From: Clostridiales bacterium
GTDB taxonomy: Bacteria > Bacillota > Clostridia > Peptostreptococcales > Acidaminobacteraceae
Direction of reading: 5' to 3'
Length of the DNA: 64,000 bases
Assembly (NCBI GenBank): GCA_016342415.1
Contig: JAEIOD010000010.1
Span: 87,351 to 151,350 of the forward strand
Below are positions 10,701 through 19,881 of the stretch, piece by piece. Made by a program: the position numbers and the translations under genes. Numbering within the stretch: position 1 is the stretch's first letter; each line of letters begins with the position of its first letter. The notes below the pieces were generated by a model. The model saw only the letters and a program-made list of their open reading frames with translations. It had not been told where the DNA came from and searched no databases.

Positions 10701-10811
10701 CTGACGTTTATCATCTAGTATCTTAAAATTACCTATAGGCAGTTCAAACCTATAAATCATCTTTTGCAGATCCTCTAGCAGTCTCTTGAGTCTTAAAATA
10801 TCCAGTCTCAT
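7734..10811 (-). CDS. alpha-mannosidase, glycoside hydrolase family 38
   Basis: 1025 aa. GH38 N-terminal signature GNTHIDIAWLW and the overall size/architecture of bacterial GH38 mannosidases. Confidence 0.85.
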   Translation of the reverse strand: MRLDILRLKRLLEDLQKMIYRFELPIGNFKILDDKRQDGYELDTSSWHDFTVGENWKAEDAYRWFKTTIVLPEEYTDETVVFRITTGREGQWDACNPQFLFYVNERLVQGCDVNHREVILTDSAKRNESFDIAFLAYGGTEGKDLLIQCHLMVLDSETEALYYDLKMPIETAELIYEKDAYNRIKLINGLNPVADRLDLRRTYTLDYYDMIADCRNMLKKTFYSDISDQPVVYAIGNTHIDIAWLWTVEQTREKVLRSYATVIELMDRYPDYKFIGSQAILYQFVKEQKPDLYERVKEKVRSGQWEVDGGMWLEADCNIPSGESLVRQLLKGERFFEEEFGVRSKTLWLPDVFGYSAALPQILKQFDIPYFVTTKLAWNQYNQLPNDVFKWRGLDGSEVFTFMPTTTDYNKNLGKNISFTDTRNTTTYTGILGPNMTLGTYQRFQNKDIIEDTLMLYGFGDGGGGPTREMLENEKRLKYGLPGIPRIETSFNSTYLDMAYNKLKDGPSTPTWDGELYFEYHRGTLTSNGSVKRWNRKLEIMVRKLEILTVIDYIEKGIQVPKEALEQIWDIILLNQFHDIIPGTSIAEVYETTEKEYQLAYDIGQSLLNTEHEKSSVTVFNDLSFNSTDVVKMIVKTDDIVALDSNQPVQYIAEDEVVFIADDVPAFGFKSFEFIKGEKKLNSKELITHFDFENEYYSVCFNSKGEVTSLTEKLTDYEYINGVGNQIIAFEDRPANWDNWDLDVFYQRKPYMFETSEMYLTESGPVRWTIETIHTMGNSVIKQKIHLYKALPRIEFVHDVEWQENNLLLRTQFPTTIYQNKATYDIQFGSVERETTNNNSWDLAKFETCGHKWMDLGNNGVGLSLMSESKYGYSAKQSVMGLSLIKSGTYPNKTADIGKHHYSYAIYPHIKRWSEAQTIEQAERFNSELTVINSPNESAEPLINIVEGDVFVDVIKLSEDGNRVIVRLHEHKNAYTHIQLKVSSKLKASKIVNLREEIQESIEMNNQLLKLTFGPFEIKTLSFDI

Positions 10812-10814
10812 TAA

Positions 10815-11510
10815 TTATTCATCCTCCTCGTGGAAAGCTTTAATTTCATCTATCATCATCATGAATATCATATCATTGTAGTGTTTTGCTCTAAAGTGAT
10901 CACGAGTTACAATGGCTTCAAACATTTTTTCATGTAACGGAACCGTTTCAATAAATGGATCTTCTATACCGAGTGGAAAATCCCATAATTCATCAGTTAA
11001 GTAACCGAGTGAAATAATCAATTCTCTTAACACTTTATTCCGACAACATGCATACAAAGCATAATGAAACTGTTTATCTATTTCATTTTGCTGTTCCTTA
11101 TTGTTGTAACGAGTCATTAAAGTGGTGACAATCTCTTTAATAGGTTCCAGTTCATCGTCAGCGGCATGATGAATGATATTTCTAATTATTTCAGTTTCAA
11201 TGGCCCAACGGGATTCCAGTACATCAATCATACTTTCTTTCTTTTTTTTAAGCTCCATACCAGAAAGAAGATGATTCTTCTTCGGATCCTGAACAAACAT
11301 ACCTCTGCCATTTACGACTCTAATAATATTTTTGCCTTCTAGTTCCTTCACAGTTTCCCTTATTGTGGTTCTACTTATATTCAAAGTATTCACAATCTCT
11401 GCTTGTGTTGGCAGCTTGTCTCCTGCCAACAGATTATTAGACTTTATATAATCCAATATATACTTTACAACTTCTTCTTTTTTTGTGTTGCTACTCATAG
11501 ATTTCACCAT
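10815..11510 (-). CDS. GntR-family transcriptional regulator (FadR/FCD C-terminal domain type)
   Basis: N-terminal winged HTH (LPTQAEIVNTLNISRTTIRETVKELEGKNII). 4 nt upstream of and co-oriented with the mannosidase gene. Confidence 0.8.
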   Translation of the reverse strand: MVKSMSSNTKKEEVVKYILDYIKSNNLLAGDKLPTQAEIVNTLNISRTTIRETVKELEGKNIIRVVNGRGMFVQDPKKNHLLSGMELKKKKESMIDVLESRWAIETEIIRNIIHHAADDELEPIKEIVTTLMTRYNNKEQQNEIDKQFHYALYACCRNKVLRELIISLGYLTDELWDFPLGIEDPFIETVPLHEKMFEAIVTRDHFRAKHYNDMIFMMMIDEIKAFHEEDE

Positions 11511-11914
11511 TTTCTTTTCTTCTTTTTATTGTATAGGAATTATTCGAACCGACATTTATTGTCTAACTAAACATTCTAAAACTTGGGATAAACTTTACAT
11601 GTTCAAAAGCATTACCTCACCACTCATTCGAATTAAAGTCTAAATAACATAACCTACTTGACCAAAACTTTTAGTTTTTGAACTGATCTAAGTACTTTAT
11701 ACAGTATATGAAAAGAGCTATTTAATCCTATAACCTTTTACTAATACATCACAGCTATACTACACCTATTTGAATTCTGTGTCAATGTCTTGCCTAAAAA
11801 TCACTTTTGTTCGTAGCTATAATATAGATATTGAGTTGCATATAATTTATAATAACTTAAATAATAAGATAAACAACACTTGAACTGGCTAACTGAAAAA
11901 TCTGATTCCTTACC

Positions 11915-12290
11915 AGAATCCACACTTTTGAATAGCATTTTCTCTTTCAGAAATTACTGATACGCAGTTTAATCTAATTCACCATATAAGAGAAACTGAA
12001 AAAGCTACTATTACGAGCTTGACTCAATCACTTGAGCTTATAAAATCTACACTAACCACTGCAGTTAAGAAACTCATCAAAATGGAGTTGGTCCGAAAAA
12101 GAGCTTCTCTTGAGGATAAATGAGTTCAGTATATTGAACTCACGGATAAAATGAAAAAGTATTGAAAATTCAGAAATGAACGCTAAAGATGAATTTATTG
12201 ATGTCATGAATGAAAAACTAGGTGAGGATTTTGTAGCATTTGAAGCCATGTCAAAAAAATAATTGATGAAAAATAGTAATTAATAAAATT
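11915..12290 (+). pseudogene. MarR-family regulator pseudogene (in-frame TGA plus frameshift)
   Basis: The plus frame reads LSEITDTQFNLIHHIRETEKATITSLTQSLELIKSTLTTAVKKLIKMELVRKRASLEDK*, a classic MarR wHTH. The C-terminal tail (NSEMNAKDEFIDVMNEKLGEDFVAFEAMSKK*) continues in another frame. Confidence 0.5.
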
Positions 12291-12292
12291 AT

Positions 12293-12325
12293 AAGCCAGT
12301 AGAAATCTAATTCTACTGGCTTTAT
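12293..12325. terminator. hairpin between MarR pseudogene and DUF2785 gene
   Basis: AAGCCAGTAGAA / TTCTACTGGCTT with a 6-nt loop. Confidence 0.5.
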
Positions 12326-12331
12326 AGTATA

Positions 12332-13171
12332 CTAATATAAATATATGTTAAATTTCTTTTCTAGCTCAATAAGTGGATTCATATAGCCATCTGTGATATT
12401 CAAGTGTCTCATTCTGAAATACAGGCTTCTTAGGAAATGCTTCACATTAATCCTAACGGTGTACTTAAGTATCTTGTCTTCGATTTCAAAAACATCATTA
12501 AACTTCTCTAACCACATTTTGAAATCAGAAAGTGTAATCATTTTTTCACCTATATAACTATAGACAATGTTTGTAGCTAAACGTTCATCTTCCTCTCTAG
12601 CAAGAGGTGTATCAATACTCATGAGTTTTGTTTGAATTATATCAAGAACCTTCAAAGACATCTCTCTTGGTTCTTTCATTTCAAAAGTAAAGTAATAATT
12701 GGTATCACTCCAATGAGCAAATGCATGAGCCCAACCATGATTTTCGTCATAGCCTCTAAAATCATGCTCCTTTTCAATATACTCAATCATACGATTTCTA
12801 AAATGATCTAATTGGCCTTCTGTCAAAAAAGGTTCTGCTTCATGCGCTTCTAAAATTGGATTGAGTGTTAAAGTTGAAAAACTTCGTTTGTAAACAGAAG
12901 TATCATCTATTTGCCCTATATTATAGAATATATAATCCTCTGACAACAATGTATCAAATAAATGACTCATCGTGTTCTTGTCCATCATCTTCTTGATCTC
13001 AATCCATTGAACCATTGTCGGTAAAATAAGATGATCTCTAAGTACAGGATCAAGATCACCGATATGACACATCATGTGTTCCAAATAGTCACCAATCGTT
13101 TCACCTTGTACAAGCTCAAAATTGTTGTTTTTTATAATGATTAATTTTTCTCTTAACTGTAATCTTTCCAT
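12332..13171 (-). CDS. DUF2785-family protein (279 aa)
   Basis: Size and motifs (GYDENHGWAHAFAHWSD) resemble the Firmicutes DUF2785 family. This is from memory of the family and was not searched. Confidence 0.5.
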   Translation of the reverse strand: MERLQLREKLIIIKNNNFELVQGETIGDYLEHMMCHIGDLDPVLRDHLILPTMVQWIEIKKMMDKNTMSHLFDTLLSEDYIFYNIGQIDDTSVYKRSFSTLTLNPILEAHEAEPFLTEGQLDHFRNRMIEYIEKEHDFRGYDENHGWAHAFAHWSDTNYYFTFEMKEPREMSLKVLDIIQTKLMSIDTPLAREEDERLATNIVYSYIGEKMITLSDFKMWLEKFNDVFEIEDKILKYTVRINVKHFLRSLYFRMRHLNITDGYMNPLIELEKKFNIYLY

Positions 13172-13638
13172 TTTTCCTCCTAAGTAGTTTGAGTTATATG
13201 TATTGTTAGGATTTAAAATAAGGCATAACGTACCTCCTTATCAAATAATTAAGTACAATATATCATCAAAAAATAAACTTAGATAGGTAAAGAATGATTA
13301 TACCTACTTCGGTTTGTAAATAAGCTCTTTGTCCAATGGACAAACTAAAATTCAGGCATTTTCTATCTTTAATTTCATTGAAGCATGCTATAGATTCAAG
13401 TTAATTGTTAACAACACTTAACAGGTTTAGACAAAGAGAAAGTTGAGAACAATAAATTTGTCTGATTATTGCGTCATTTTAGTTGTTCCTGTAATAATTG
13501 TATTTACATTTCATTTATATGATAAGCTTAATTATAGGAATGACCAACATCATCAAGTCATATTGATGACTGAAATAATAAGGTAATCCAAGAGATAATT
13601 TTTTATACTAAAACATCAACAACTCAACTCGAAATGGA

Positions 13639-14022
13639 ATGGAAAGGAAAACGGATATGAAAAAAACTGGCAACAGTAATTTTAGTAGGACAAGTATGCA
13701 TTCTTGTATGCAGAAAAAAGGATTTATTAACGGTGCTGGTGAATGGGATAAACATACAAGGCATAACTGTATGCAACATAAAGGCTTTAGAAAAGATCAC
13801 TTATCAAATGATGACTTTTCAATAAAATCTTTTGTTATCCTAATGATATTAGGTATAATTGGCGGTATTGGAATATGGTATTTAAATACATCATTCGGCT
13901 TTTCGGAGTCCGGAACAACCATAGAAGCTATACAAATCTTGCCACTTCTGATATGTGTTATATTATTAATTGCAGGTATTTTTGGAATATATGATTTGAT
14001 TAAGAAAATTTTAAATCTGTAG
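13639..14022 (+). CDS. small membrane protein with duplicated H-x-C-M-Q-x-K-G-F motif and two C-terminal TM helices
   Basis: HSCMQKKGF and HNCMQHKGF repeats in the N-terminal cytoplasmic part, then two hydrophobic helices. Confidence 0.5.
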   Translation: MERKTDMKKTGNSNFSRTSMHSCMQKKGFINGAGEWDKHTRHNCMQHKGFRKDHLSNDDFSIKSFVILMILGIIGGIGIWYLNTSFGFSESGTTIEAIQILPLLICVILLIAGIFGIYDLIKKILNL

Positions 14023-14080
14023 ATGCCCTATTATAGATTGCTCTTCACAGGAATTGGATTGGATATACTTGTCCTTACAC

Positions 14081-14121
14081 TAGGCAGTTACAATAACTGC
14101 CTACTGTAAGGGCGTTTTTTG
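14081..14121 (+). terminator. hairpin plus T-run downstream of 13639..14022
   Basis: TAGGCAGTT ... AACTGCCTA stem, then GGGCGTTTTTTG. Confidence 0.5.
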
Positions 14122-14180
14122 TATTAGAACTGAGAGTATTTATTGTTGTAGCATATCCATTAACTACATTTAGGTACAAA

Positions 14181-14204
14181 AAAACACTTCAAAAGAAGTG
14201 TTTT
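14181..14204 (-). terminator. Rho-independent terminator of 14226..15371
   Basis: AAAACACTTC / GAAGTGTTTT stem with a 4-nt loop. On the minus strand it is followed by T7. Confidence 0.7.
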
Positions 14205-14225
14205 CATTTAACCAAACCTACAAAT

Positions 14226-15371
14226 CTATTGCACTAATTCAGCATTTTCTACTAAATAATCAAGAACAGTTTCTTGTAAGATTGAATTCTTCAAGTAAGG
14301 AAGACCATAAATTTCTTCAAATTCTTCATACTCTTCAGAACCGGTATATTTAATAAAATAAGCAGATAATGCTTCGTCTGTTACAGCAATACTTGCATCT
14401 TCAGCAATCGCTTGAATAACAAGAGCGAATTGAGATGACACGTCAAGCTGCTCAGCTGACGCTTCCATTAGAGCTTCTACAGAATCATAGCCAACATAAG
14501 ATGCTAAGAATTCCTCTAAAGTCATACCATATGAAACAGCAGACATTTTGTAATAGTTCTCCATAATTGTTTGTTGATATTGAAGTACTTCTTCAGGTAT
14601 TGATGATACAACTGTATTGGTTAAAAGATAATCTTGAATATAACCTTTCACAGCATTATCTTTAAGATCGCTCTTAACAAGTGTTCTTAATTCTTCTACA
14701 GTATTACTCTCATAAGTACTTGATAAATTCTCAGCTACAAACTCATCTGTTAATTCCGGAACAACAGTTTCACTAATATTGTTGATGGTAATAGCAAAGA
14801 TAGCATTCTTACCATTTAGATCTTCTGTACCATAATCTTCAGGAAATGTAACTTCTATATCAAAGCTTTCCCCTGGATTATGTCCAATAAGCTGCTCAAG
14901 AAAATCATCAATATAACTCGTTACACCAATTGTAACATTCGTACCATTTCCACCAGTACTGCCGCCTTCAAATTCAACACCGTCAACACTACCTACATAG
15001 TCAATGTTCACAGTGTCTCCGTCCACTACAGCACGGTCTGTCACTTCAGATGTTGTAGTAAAATTTGATAATATGTTATCTATATTTGCCTGAACAATAT
15101 CGTCTGGGATAATGTGTGCTTCACTTGGGACAGAGATTTTATCATACTCTACAAGTTCAACATAATCGACAGCTTTCAAGTTTGTGAAAAACCCATTTTC
15201 ATCAAGACCAGTAGAATAGTCTAAATCAAAATCCTCAATGGGGTTTACTGTATCTAGATTTTGAGATACATCATTATCAGTTATATTGGATTCATCCTTA
15301 GATGTACAACCAATTGCCAATAATGTTGTAGCTACAAGCATTAAAACAAATATTTTTTTTAGTTTTTTCAT
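14226..15371 (-). CDS. lipoprotein with FKBP-type (trigger-factor-like) peptidyl-prolyl isomerase domain
   Basis: Likely start MKKLKKIFVLMLVATTLLAIGCTS (lipobox LAIGC) with a GGAG SD. The track ORF starts 51 nt further upstream. PPIase core DGDTVNIDYVGSVDGVEFEGG matches the trigger-factor/FKBP domain. Confidence 0.7.
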   Translation of the reverse strand: MKKLKKIFVLMLVATTLLAIGCTSKDESNITDNDVSQNLDTVNPIEDFDLDYSTGLDENGFFTNLKAVDYVELVEYDKISVPSEAHIIPDDIVQANIDNILSNFTTTSEVTDRAVVDGDTVNIDYVGSVDGVEFEGGSTGGNGTNVTIGVTSYIDDFLEQLIGHNPGESFDIEVTFPEDYGTEDLNGKNAIFAITINNISETVVPELTDEFVAENLSSTYESNTVEELRTLVKSDLKDNAVKGYIQDYLLTNTVVSSIPEEVLQYQQTIMENYYKMSAVSYGMTLEEFLASYVGYDSVEALMEASAEQLDVSSQFALVIQAIAEDASIAVTDEALSAYFIKYTGSEEYEEFEEIYGLPYLKNSILQETVLDYLVENAELVQ

Positions 15372-15676
15372 GTCAATTCTCCATTTTCTAATTAAGTTAT
15401 AAACTATTGTAAAGTATAACACAGTAAGATTATTTTACTTTATTTAAGTGACAATTTGATGACAATTTAATATTTATCAAGTTAAACTATAATCAAATTC
15501 CACTACTTATGAAGTAAACTTTTAAGTTTTCCAACGATTATTTCGGCCTTTCGTATCAGATGAAATGGTTTTGCAACTGTTGACTGTCAAATGACGTTAT
15601 GCTACGCTTTTTATAAATTGATTTGTGTAACTTTCGCTGATATCACCTTAAAAACACGATAAGAGAGGACTCTATA

Positions 15677-16465
15677 TTGTATACTACCTACCAAGTAAAT
15701 TATGATGCTATTGAATTGATGAAAGTGAATTACTATAAAAATCTTACAGCACCTATGGATGATATGTGGGAGGAAGGAATTATCCCAGCTTGTGACTTTT
15801 ATATCATTAAATCAGATATTGATATTGGATACTTTGCACTTGACAAAGAAGGTGTTTTATTGGTATTTCATGTCGAAGAGGCAAAAAATGCTGACGAAAT
15901 TTTCGATTACATTCTGACTCACAAAAATATACAAAAGGCTTATGTTTCAACATATGATCCTATATTTTATTCACAATGTCTAAGATGCAAGAAGAGCATG
16001 TCCATAAATACTTTGTTGTACAAACAAAGTAAGGACATAAGCATATCAGCTCCTTTTCACAATATTGATGTGACACATGCTGAGTTGACTGATTTAGAGA
16101 GTACGGCGCGATTCTTTAGAGAAAAAGTAGATATCACTGGCGATTGGATCGAATCCTATCTTGAAAGACTTATCTCTAATGATGGTTTTATATTATTCAA
16201 ATATAACAATGATATTATCGGAACTGGTGGCATACGACCTAGCATCAGTAGTAAAGGTTATGTCAATATTGGTATGACCGTATCTAGAGATTATCGTCGA
16301 AGAGGTTTGGCGAGTTATATAGTTTGTACCATTAAGGAAATCTGCAAGAAAAATAATTATCAGACCATATGCTCTACAACAAATGACAATATCGGATCAC
16401 AAAAAACGCTAACACAATGTGGTTACGAATGTTACCATAAGATTTATACCGTTGATTTGAATTAA
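15677..16465 (+). CDS. GNAT-family N-acetyltransferase
   Basis: C-terminal acetyl-CoA motif RDYRRRGLASYIV...GYE. TTG start with strong SD AGAGAGGA. An in-frame ATG start 45 nt downstream is the alternative. Confidence 0.65.
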   Translation: MYTTYQVNYDAIELMKVNYYKNLTAPMDDMWEEGIIPACDFYIIKSDIDIGYFALDKEGVLLVFHVEEAKNADEIFDYILTHKNIQKAYVSTYDPIFYSQCLRCKKSMSINTLLYKQSKDISISAPFHNIDVTHAELTDLESTARFFREKVDITGDWIESYLERLISNDGFILFKYNNDIIGTGGIRPSISSKGYVNIGMTVSRDYRRRGLASYIVCTIKEICKKNNYQTICSTTNDNIGSQKTLTQCGYECYHKIYTVDLN

Positions 16466-16487
16466 AAGTAACATCATTAATATGCAA

Positions 16488-16520
16488 GAAAAAAGAGCAT
16501 TCATTCTGCTCTATTTTTAT
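16488..16520. terminator. bidirectional terminator between convergent genes
   Basis: AAAAGAGCA ... TGCTCTATTTT hairpin flanked by A-run and T-run. Confidence 0.55.
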
Positions 16521-16532
16521 TATTTGAGTTTA

Positions 16533-18941
16533 TTATAATGATAAATCTTTCCTAGAAACAATCCCTTTTCCGCCATATAGTACCACAACATCTCCGTCTT
16601 TCAGAATATCAGTTGCCCCAGCAACACCCCCAATGGCAGGTAGTCCATATTCTCTTGCTACTATTGCACCATGAGAGATTGGTCCTCCACTTTCCATAAT
16701 CAGTCCTTTTACTTTCAAGAACAAAGGTGTCCAAGACGGATCTGTATTGTGAGTAACAATAATATCTTCTTCGTTTAGGGTCACCCCAACTGGTGAACTG
16801 AGTATACGTACAACCCCAGTGACTTGGCCACTTGATAAAGGCATCCCAACAAGATCGTTTTCTCCAATCTTATCCGGTTCTGGTTGCTCGTAGGTTTCTC
16901 CATTGCTCAAGATAAATCTTGGAATCTTATTGTAACGGTTTTGTTGTTTATATGTTTCTTTTCTCATAGTCACTTCGTCAAGAAGATCAGTAGTATCATT
17001 TAAAGCCATCTCATCAACATACACATAAGCAATATCCTCTCTATTTTGAAGGCGTCCCTCTTCTACCATTTCATCCCCAATCTGAAGAAATATCTGCCTT
17101 AACAAATCAAGGGCTCTTACAGCTGTAAATTTAGGTAATTCTCTTACTCCTGCCAACAGTCTATAATTACGAAGATCACTTGTTATTTTCTTTGCTTTTT
17201 TTGCTGAAAAATCTTTTGTGACTCTCTCTTCAATATGTTTTATACAAAGTTCAGCATCTTCTTGTTGCTCTTTAAAACGCTCTACCATTTGATTGCATTT
17301 ATTGTCTTTCATATAACTTTGGATAAGATCAATAATATAATCCGGTTTTTCGTGCCAACGACTCCACCCCATATCGATATCGAGTTCTGATCTATGACCA
17401 TAAGCTTTAAGAAAACCCAGCAAAGCTTCATCGTCATAAGATGGGATTTTTTGTTCTTTGTTATACTCGCAAGCTAACTTGGCAAGGGCTATTCCCATCA
17501 TGGTTGTTGGATTATTTGGTAAGGCTAACCTCACTGGATTGATTGACAGCTCTTCTTCGTAATGCTTGTTCAACCATTTCTCATGGACTTCTATTTTCTT
17601 AAGTCCATATGCAGCATACATCACAATCTTAAATGCCAAAGTCAGCATCTCCTCATTTACTACTTCAAATAATGCCAAACGATCTTCTCGTGTTGTCGTT
17701 TTCTCTATTCTGTTTTTAAGTTCACTGATATATACATCACCCAAACTTGTTGCTTCTTCAAGACCTTTTGTAGGATTTTTTGCACTGATTTTCCCATACT
17801 TGTTCAGAGACAGTCCCCACCGAACAATACCCATGGACAACTTGAATTTACCACCTTGAGCCCTGAATGTCTTACCGTACTGTCCATATATGCTTTTTAA
17901 TAGGCGTCCACCTGCAGGATCTTTGCTATCAAGACTGCCATGCAACTTTCGTCCAATTATTTTTCTACCGATAACTTCTGTCAAATCATAATAGATCCGT
18001 CCATTGATCATTTTAATAAATCCCGGATACTGAATCTTTTTCTTGCCACTATAATAAATACTTGTATAACCTGAGAAAGTGGAACGCCAAAATTCATAAC
18101 CAAGAGGTGTAAACGGCGCTCTCATACCTTGTATTACAGTGTTGTAACACATATAAAGACTTAGTTTATCCGTGTTCAGTAAAGCCTCATCTATTGGGTA
18201 CAAGGTCGTTATATCTCTTGATTGAAGAATATAAAGGATATCTTTTGAATAAGTCCATTCAATATCCTGAGCGACTCCAAACAGTATTTCCAATTTCTTA
18301 CCCAGTGTTTTAAGTTCCTCGGACTGATCTTCTGTAAGACAGTCTGATACGTGTAAATCATCAATAAACGATAAAGGTACTCGTCCATCCACGACCGCAT
18401 CGCCATAACCTTTTGCACCATTGATCACTATATCATTTCTATTACCTGTAATCGGATTAGCAGTAAACATGACACCCGAGATTTCCGATGCTACCATCGA
18501 TTGAATGATAAGTGCAATACCTTTAATGACTTCGAGATTTTGTTCTTTTACATATGCCATAACATGTTCACTATTACTGGATAACAAACATTTTTTTATG
18601 GCTTCCAGCATCTGTTCAAAACTCTTAACATGTAATACCGTATCGTATAAACCTGCAAAACTTGTATCACCAAGATCCTCCATCAAAGCAGATGAACGTA
18701 CAGCCAACTCCTCATTATCAAACTTGTCATATATATGACGAAGGTTCTCAATCTCTGATGGCGTGAAAGTAAGCTCTCCCTCTTCACATCTCTCCATTAC
18801 TTTTACAGACCAGTCTGATGAAATAACGAGCCCCTTTGGTACATTGATGTTCTCATGAAGCATAAGACCGAGATTGACGGATTTGGTTCCATAGGTCGAT
18901 TTGTCATCTGATATAAGTTCATTGAGTAATTTATATTCCAT
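16533..18941 (-). CDS. PEP-utilizing enzyme family phosphotransferase (PEP synthase / rifampin-phosphotransferase-like architecture), paralog 1
   Basis: 802 aa. N-terminal PPDK_N-type ATP-grasp domain and C-terminal swivel His domain (GGPISHGAIVAREYGLPAIGG). SD AGGAGGTG. Divergent TetR gene immediately upstream. Confidence 0.75.
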   Translation of the reverse strand: MEYKLLNELISDDKSTYGTKSVNLGLMLHENINVPKGLVISSDWSVKVMERCEEGELTFTPSEIENLRHIYDKFDNEELAVRSSALMEDLGDTSFAGLYDTVLHVKSFEQMLEAIKKCLLSSNSEHVMAYVKEQNLEVIKGIALIIQSMVASEISGVMFTANPITGNRNDIVINGAKGYGDAVVDGRVPLSFIDDLHVSDCLTEDQSEELKTLGKKLEILFGVAQDIEWTYSKDILYILQSRDITTLYPIDEALLNTDKLSLYMCYNTVIQGMRAPFTPLGYEFWRSTFSGYTSIYYSGKKKIQYPGFIKMINGRIYYDLTEVIGRKIIGRKLHGSLDSKDPAGGRLLKSIYGQYGKTFRAQGGKFKLSMGIVRWGLSLNKYGKISAKNPTKGLEEATSLGDVYISELKNRIEKTTTREDRLALFEVVNEEMLTLAFKIVMYAAYGLKKIEVHEKWLNKHYEEELSINPVRLALPNNPTTMMGIALAKLACEYNKEQKIPSYDDEALLGFLKAYGHRSELDIDMGWSRWHEKPDYIIDLIQSYMKDNKCNQMVERFKEQQEDAELCIKHIEERVTKDFSAKKAKKITSDLRNYRLLAGVRELPKFTAVRALDLLRQIFLQIGDEMVEEGRLQNREDIAYVYVDEMALNDTTDLLDEVTMRKETYKQQNRYNKIPRFILSNGETYEQPEPDKIGENDLVGMPLSSGQVTGVVRILSSPVGVTLNEEDIIVTHNTDPSWTPLFLKVKGLIMESGGPISHGAIVAREYGLPAIGGVAGATDILKDGDVVVLYGGKGIVSRKDLSL

Positions 18942-19048
18942 AAAAGCACCTCCTAATACGAGACATTTGTCTCATATATACTTTTATGATATATTAAAAT
19001 AAAGCCATCGTCAACAGAACCAAAAGATAAGAGACAGGAGGGCCAACA

Positions 19049-19624
19049 ATGTATCATATCAAAGAAGATCAACGTTCAAAGTTCTCTGCCACACTCATTT
19101 ATGAAGGTCTTACCAAGTTAATGGTCAATAAAGTTTATGAGGAAATTAAAATCACAGAAATAGTCAATGCCGCGGGCGTAGGAAGAGCTACATTCTATAG
19201 AAACTTTGATAGTAAGATTGATATTCTAAGATACCAAAGCGACAAAATCTTTCAAGGTTTATTAGAACACCTCTTTGCATATCATAAAAAGACTCCAGTC
19301 AAACGAAGTTCCGAATTCCTAGTGCCTTTTCTTGAATATTTTGATGTGCATACAGATATCGTTAACTTGCTCATCAAGGCCAATCATGTTGATATTTTAG
19401 TCGACTCCATGAATCTACTATTCAAAGACATGTATGAGGCATATAAAACAAGCGCATCCCATCCCGATGAAACATGGTCCTATTTCATTGCAATAAGAAG
19501 TGGCATCACCATCAACATCCTAGTACAATGGATCAAAGACGGTAAAACGATACCACCAAAAAGACTTGGTGAACTCCTAGGTAATCAACTTGCCAATTCC
19601 TTCACTGTGGATCAATTCCTTTAG
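19049..19624 (+). CDS. TetR/AcrR-family transcriptional regulator
   Basis: N-terminal HTH ITEIVNAAGVGRATFYRNFDSKIDIL. Divergent from the PEP-utilizing paralog. Confidence 0.8.
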   Translation: MYHIKEDQRSKFSATLIYEGLTKLMVNKVYEEIKITEIVNAAGVGRATFYRNFDSKIDILRYQSDKIFQGLLEHLFAYHKKTPVKRSSEFLVPFLEYFDVHTDIVNLLIKANHVDILVDSMNLLFKDMYEAYKTSASHPDETWSYFIAIRSGITINILVQWIKDGKTIPPKRLGELLGNQLANSFTVDQFL

Positions 19625-19662
19625 ATTTGAGTTAAACACTCAGCATTTTAATTATTCCTACA

Positions 19663-19713
19663 AAAAAAATCATTTAATAGATATAAGAAAATACAATCTA
19701 TTAAATGATTTTA
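19663..19713. terminator. AT-rich 17-bp perfect hairpin, bidirectional terminator candidate
   Basis: AAAATCATTTAATAGAT, 13-nt loop, ATCTATTAAATGATTTT. Preceded by A8 and followed by T-rich sequence. Lies between convergent TetR (+) and histidine kinase (-). Confidence 0.6.
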
Positions 19714-19881
19714 CATTATCATAAAACCATATCGCAATAAAACTACTAAAAGCCAGTACGATTAAACCTCTAAATTGCAATTTGTCTAAATATTATAGGA
19801 CCGTATAGAAGTGATTATCACATACTTCATCAATTTTGTCAGATTCAACAAGTAATTTTCCTGTCTGAGTTTTGAAATAAT

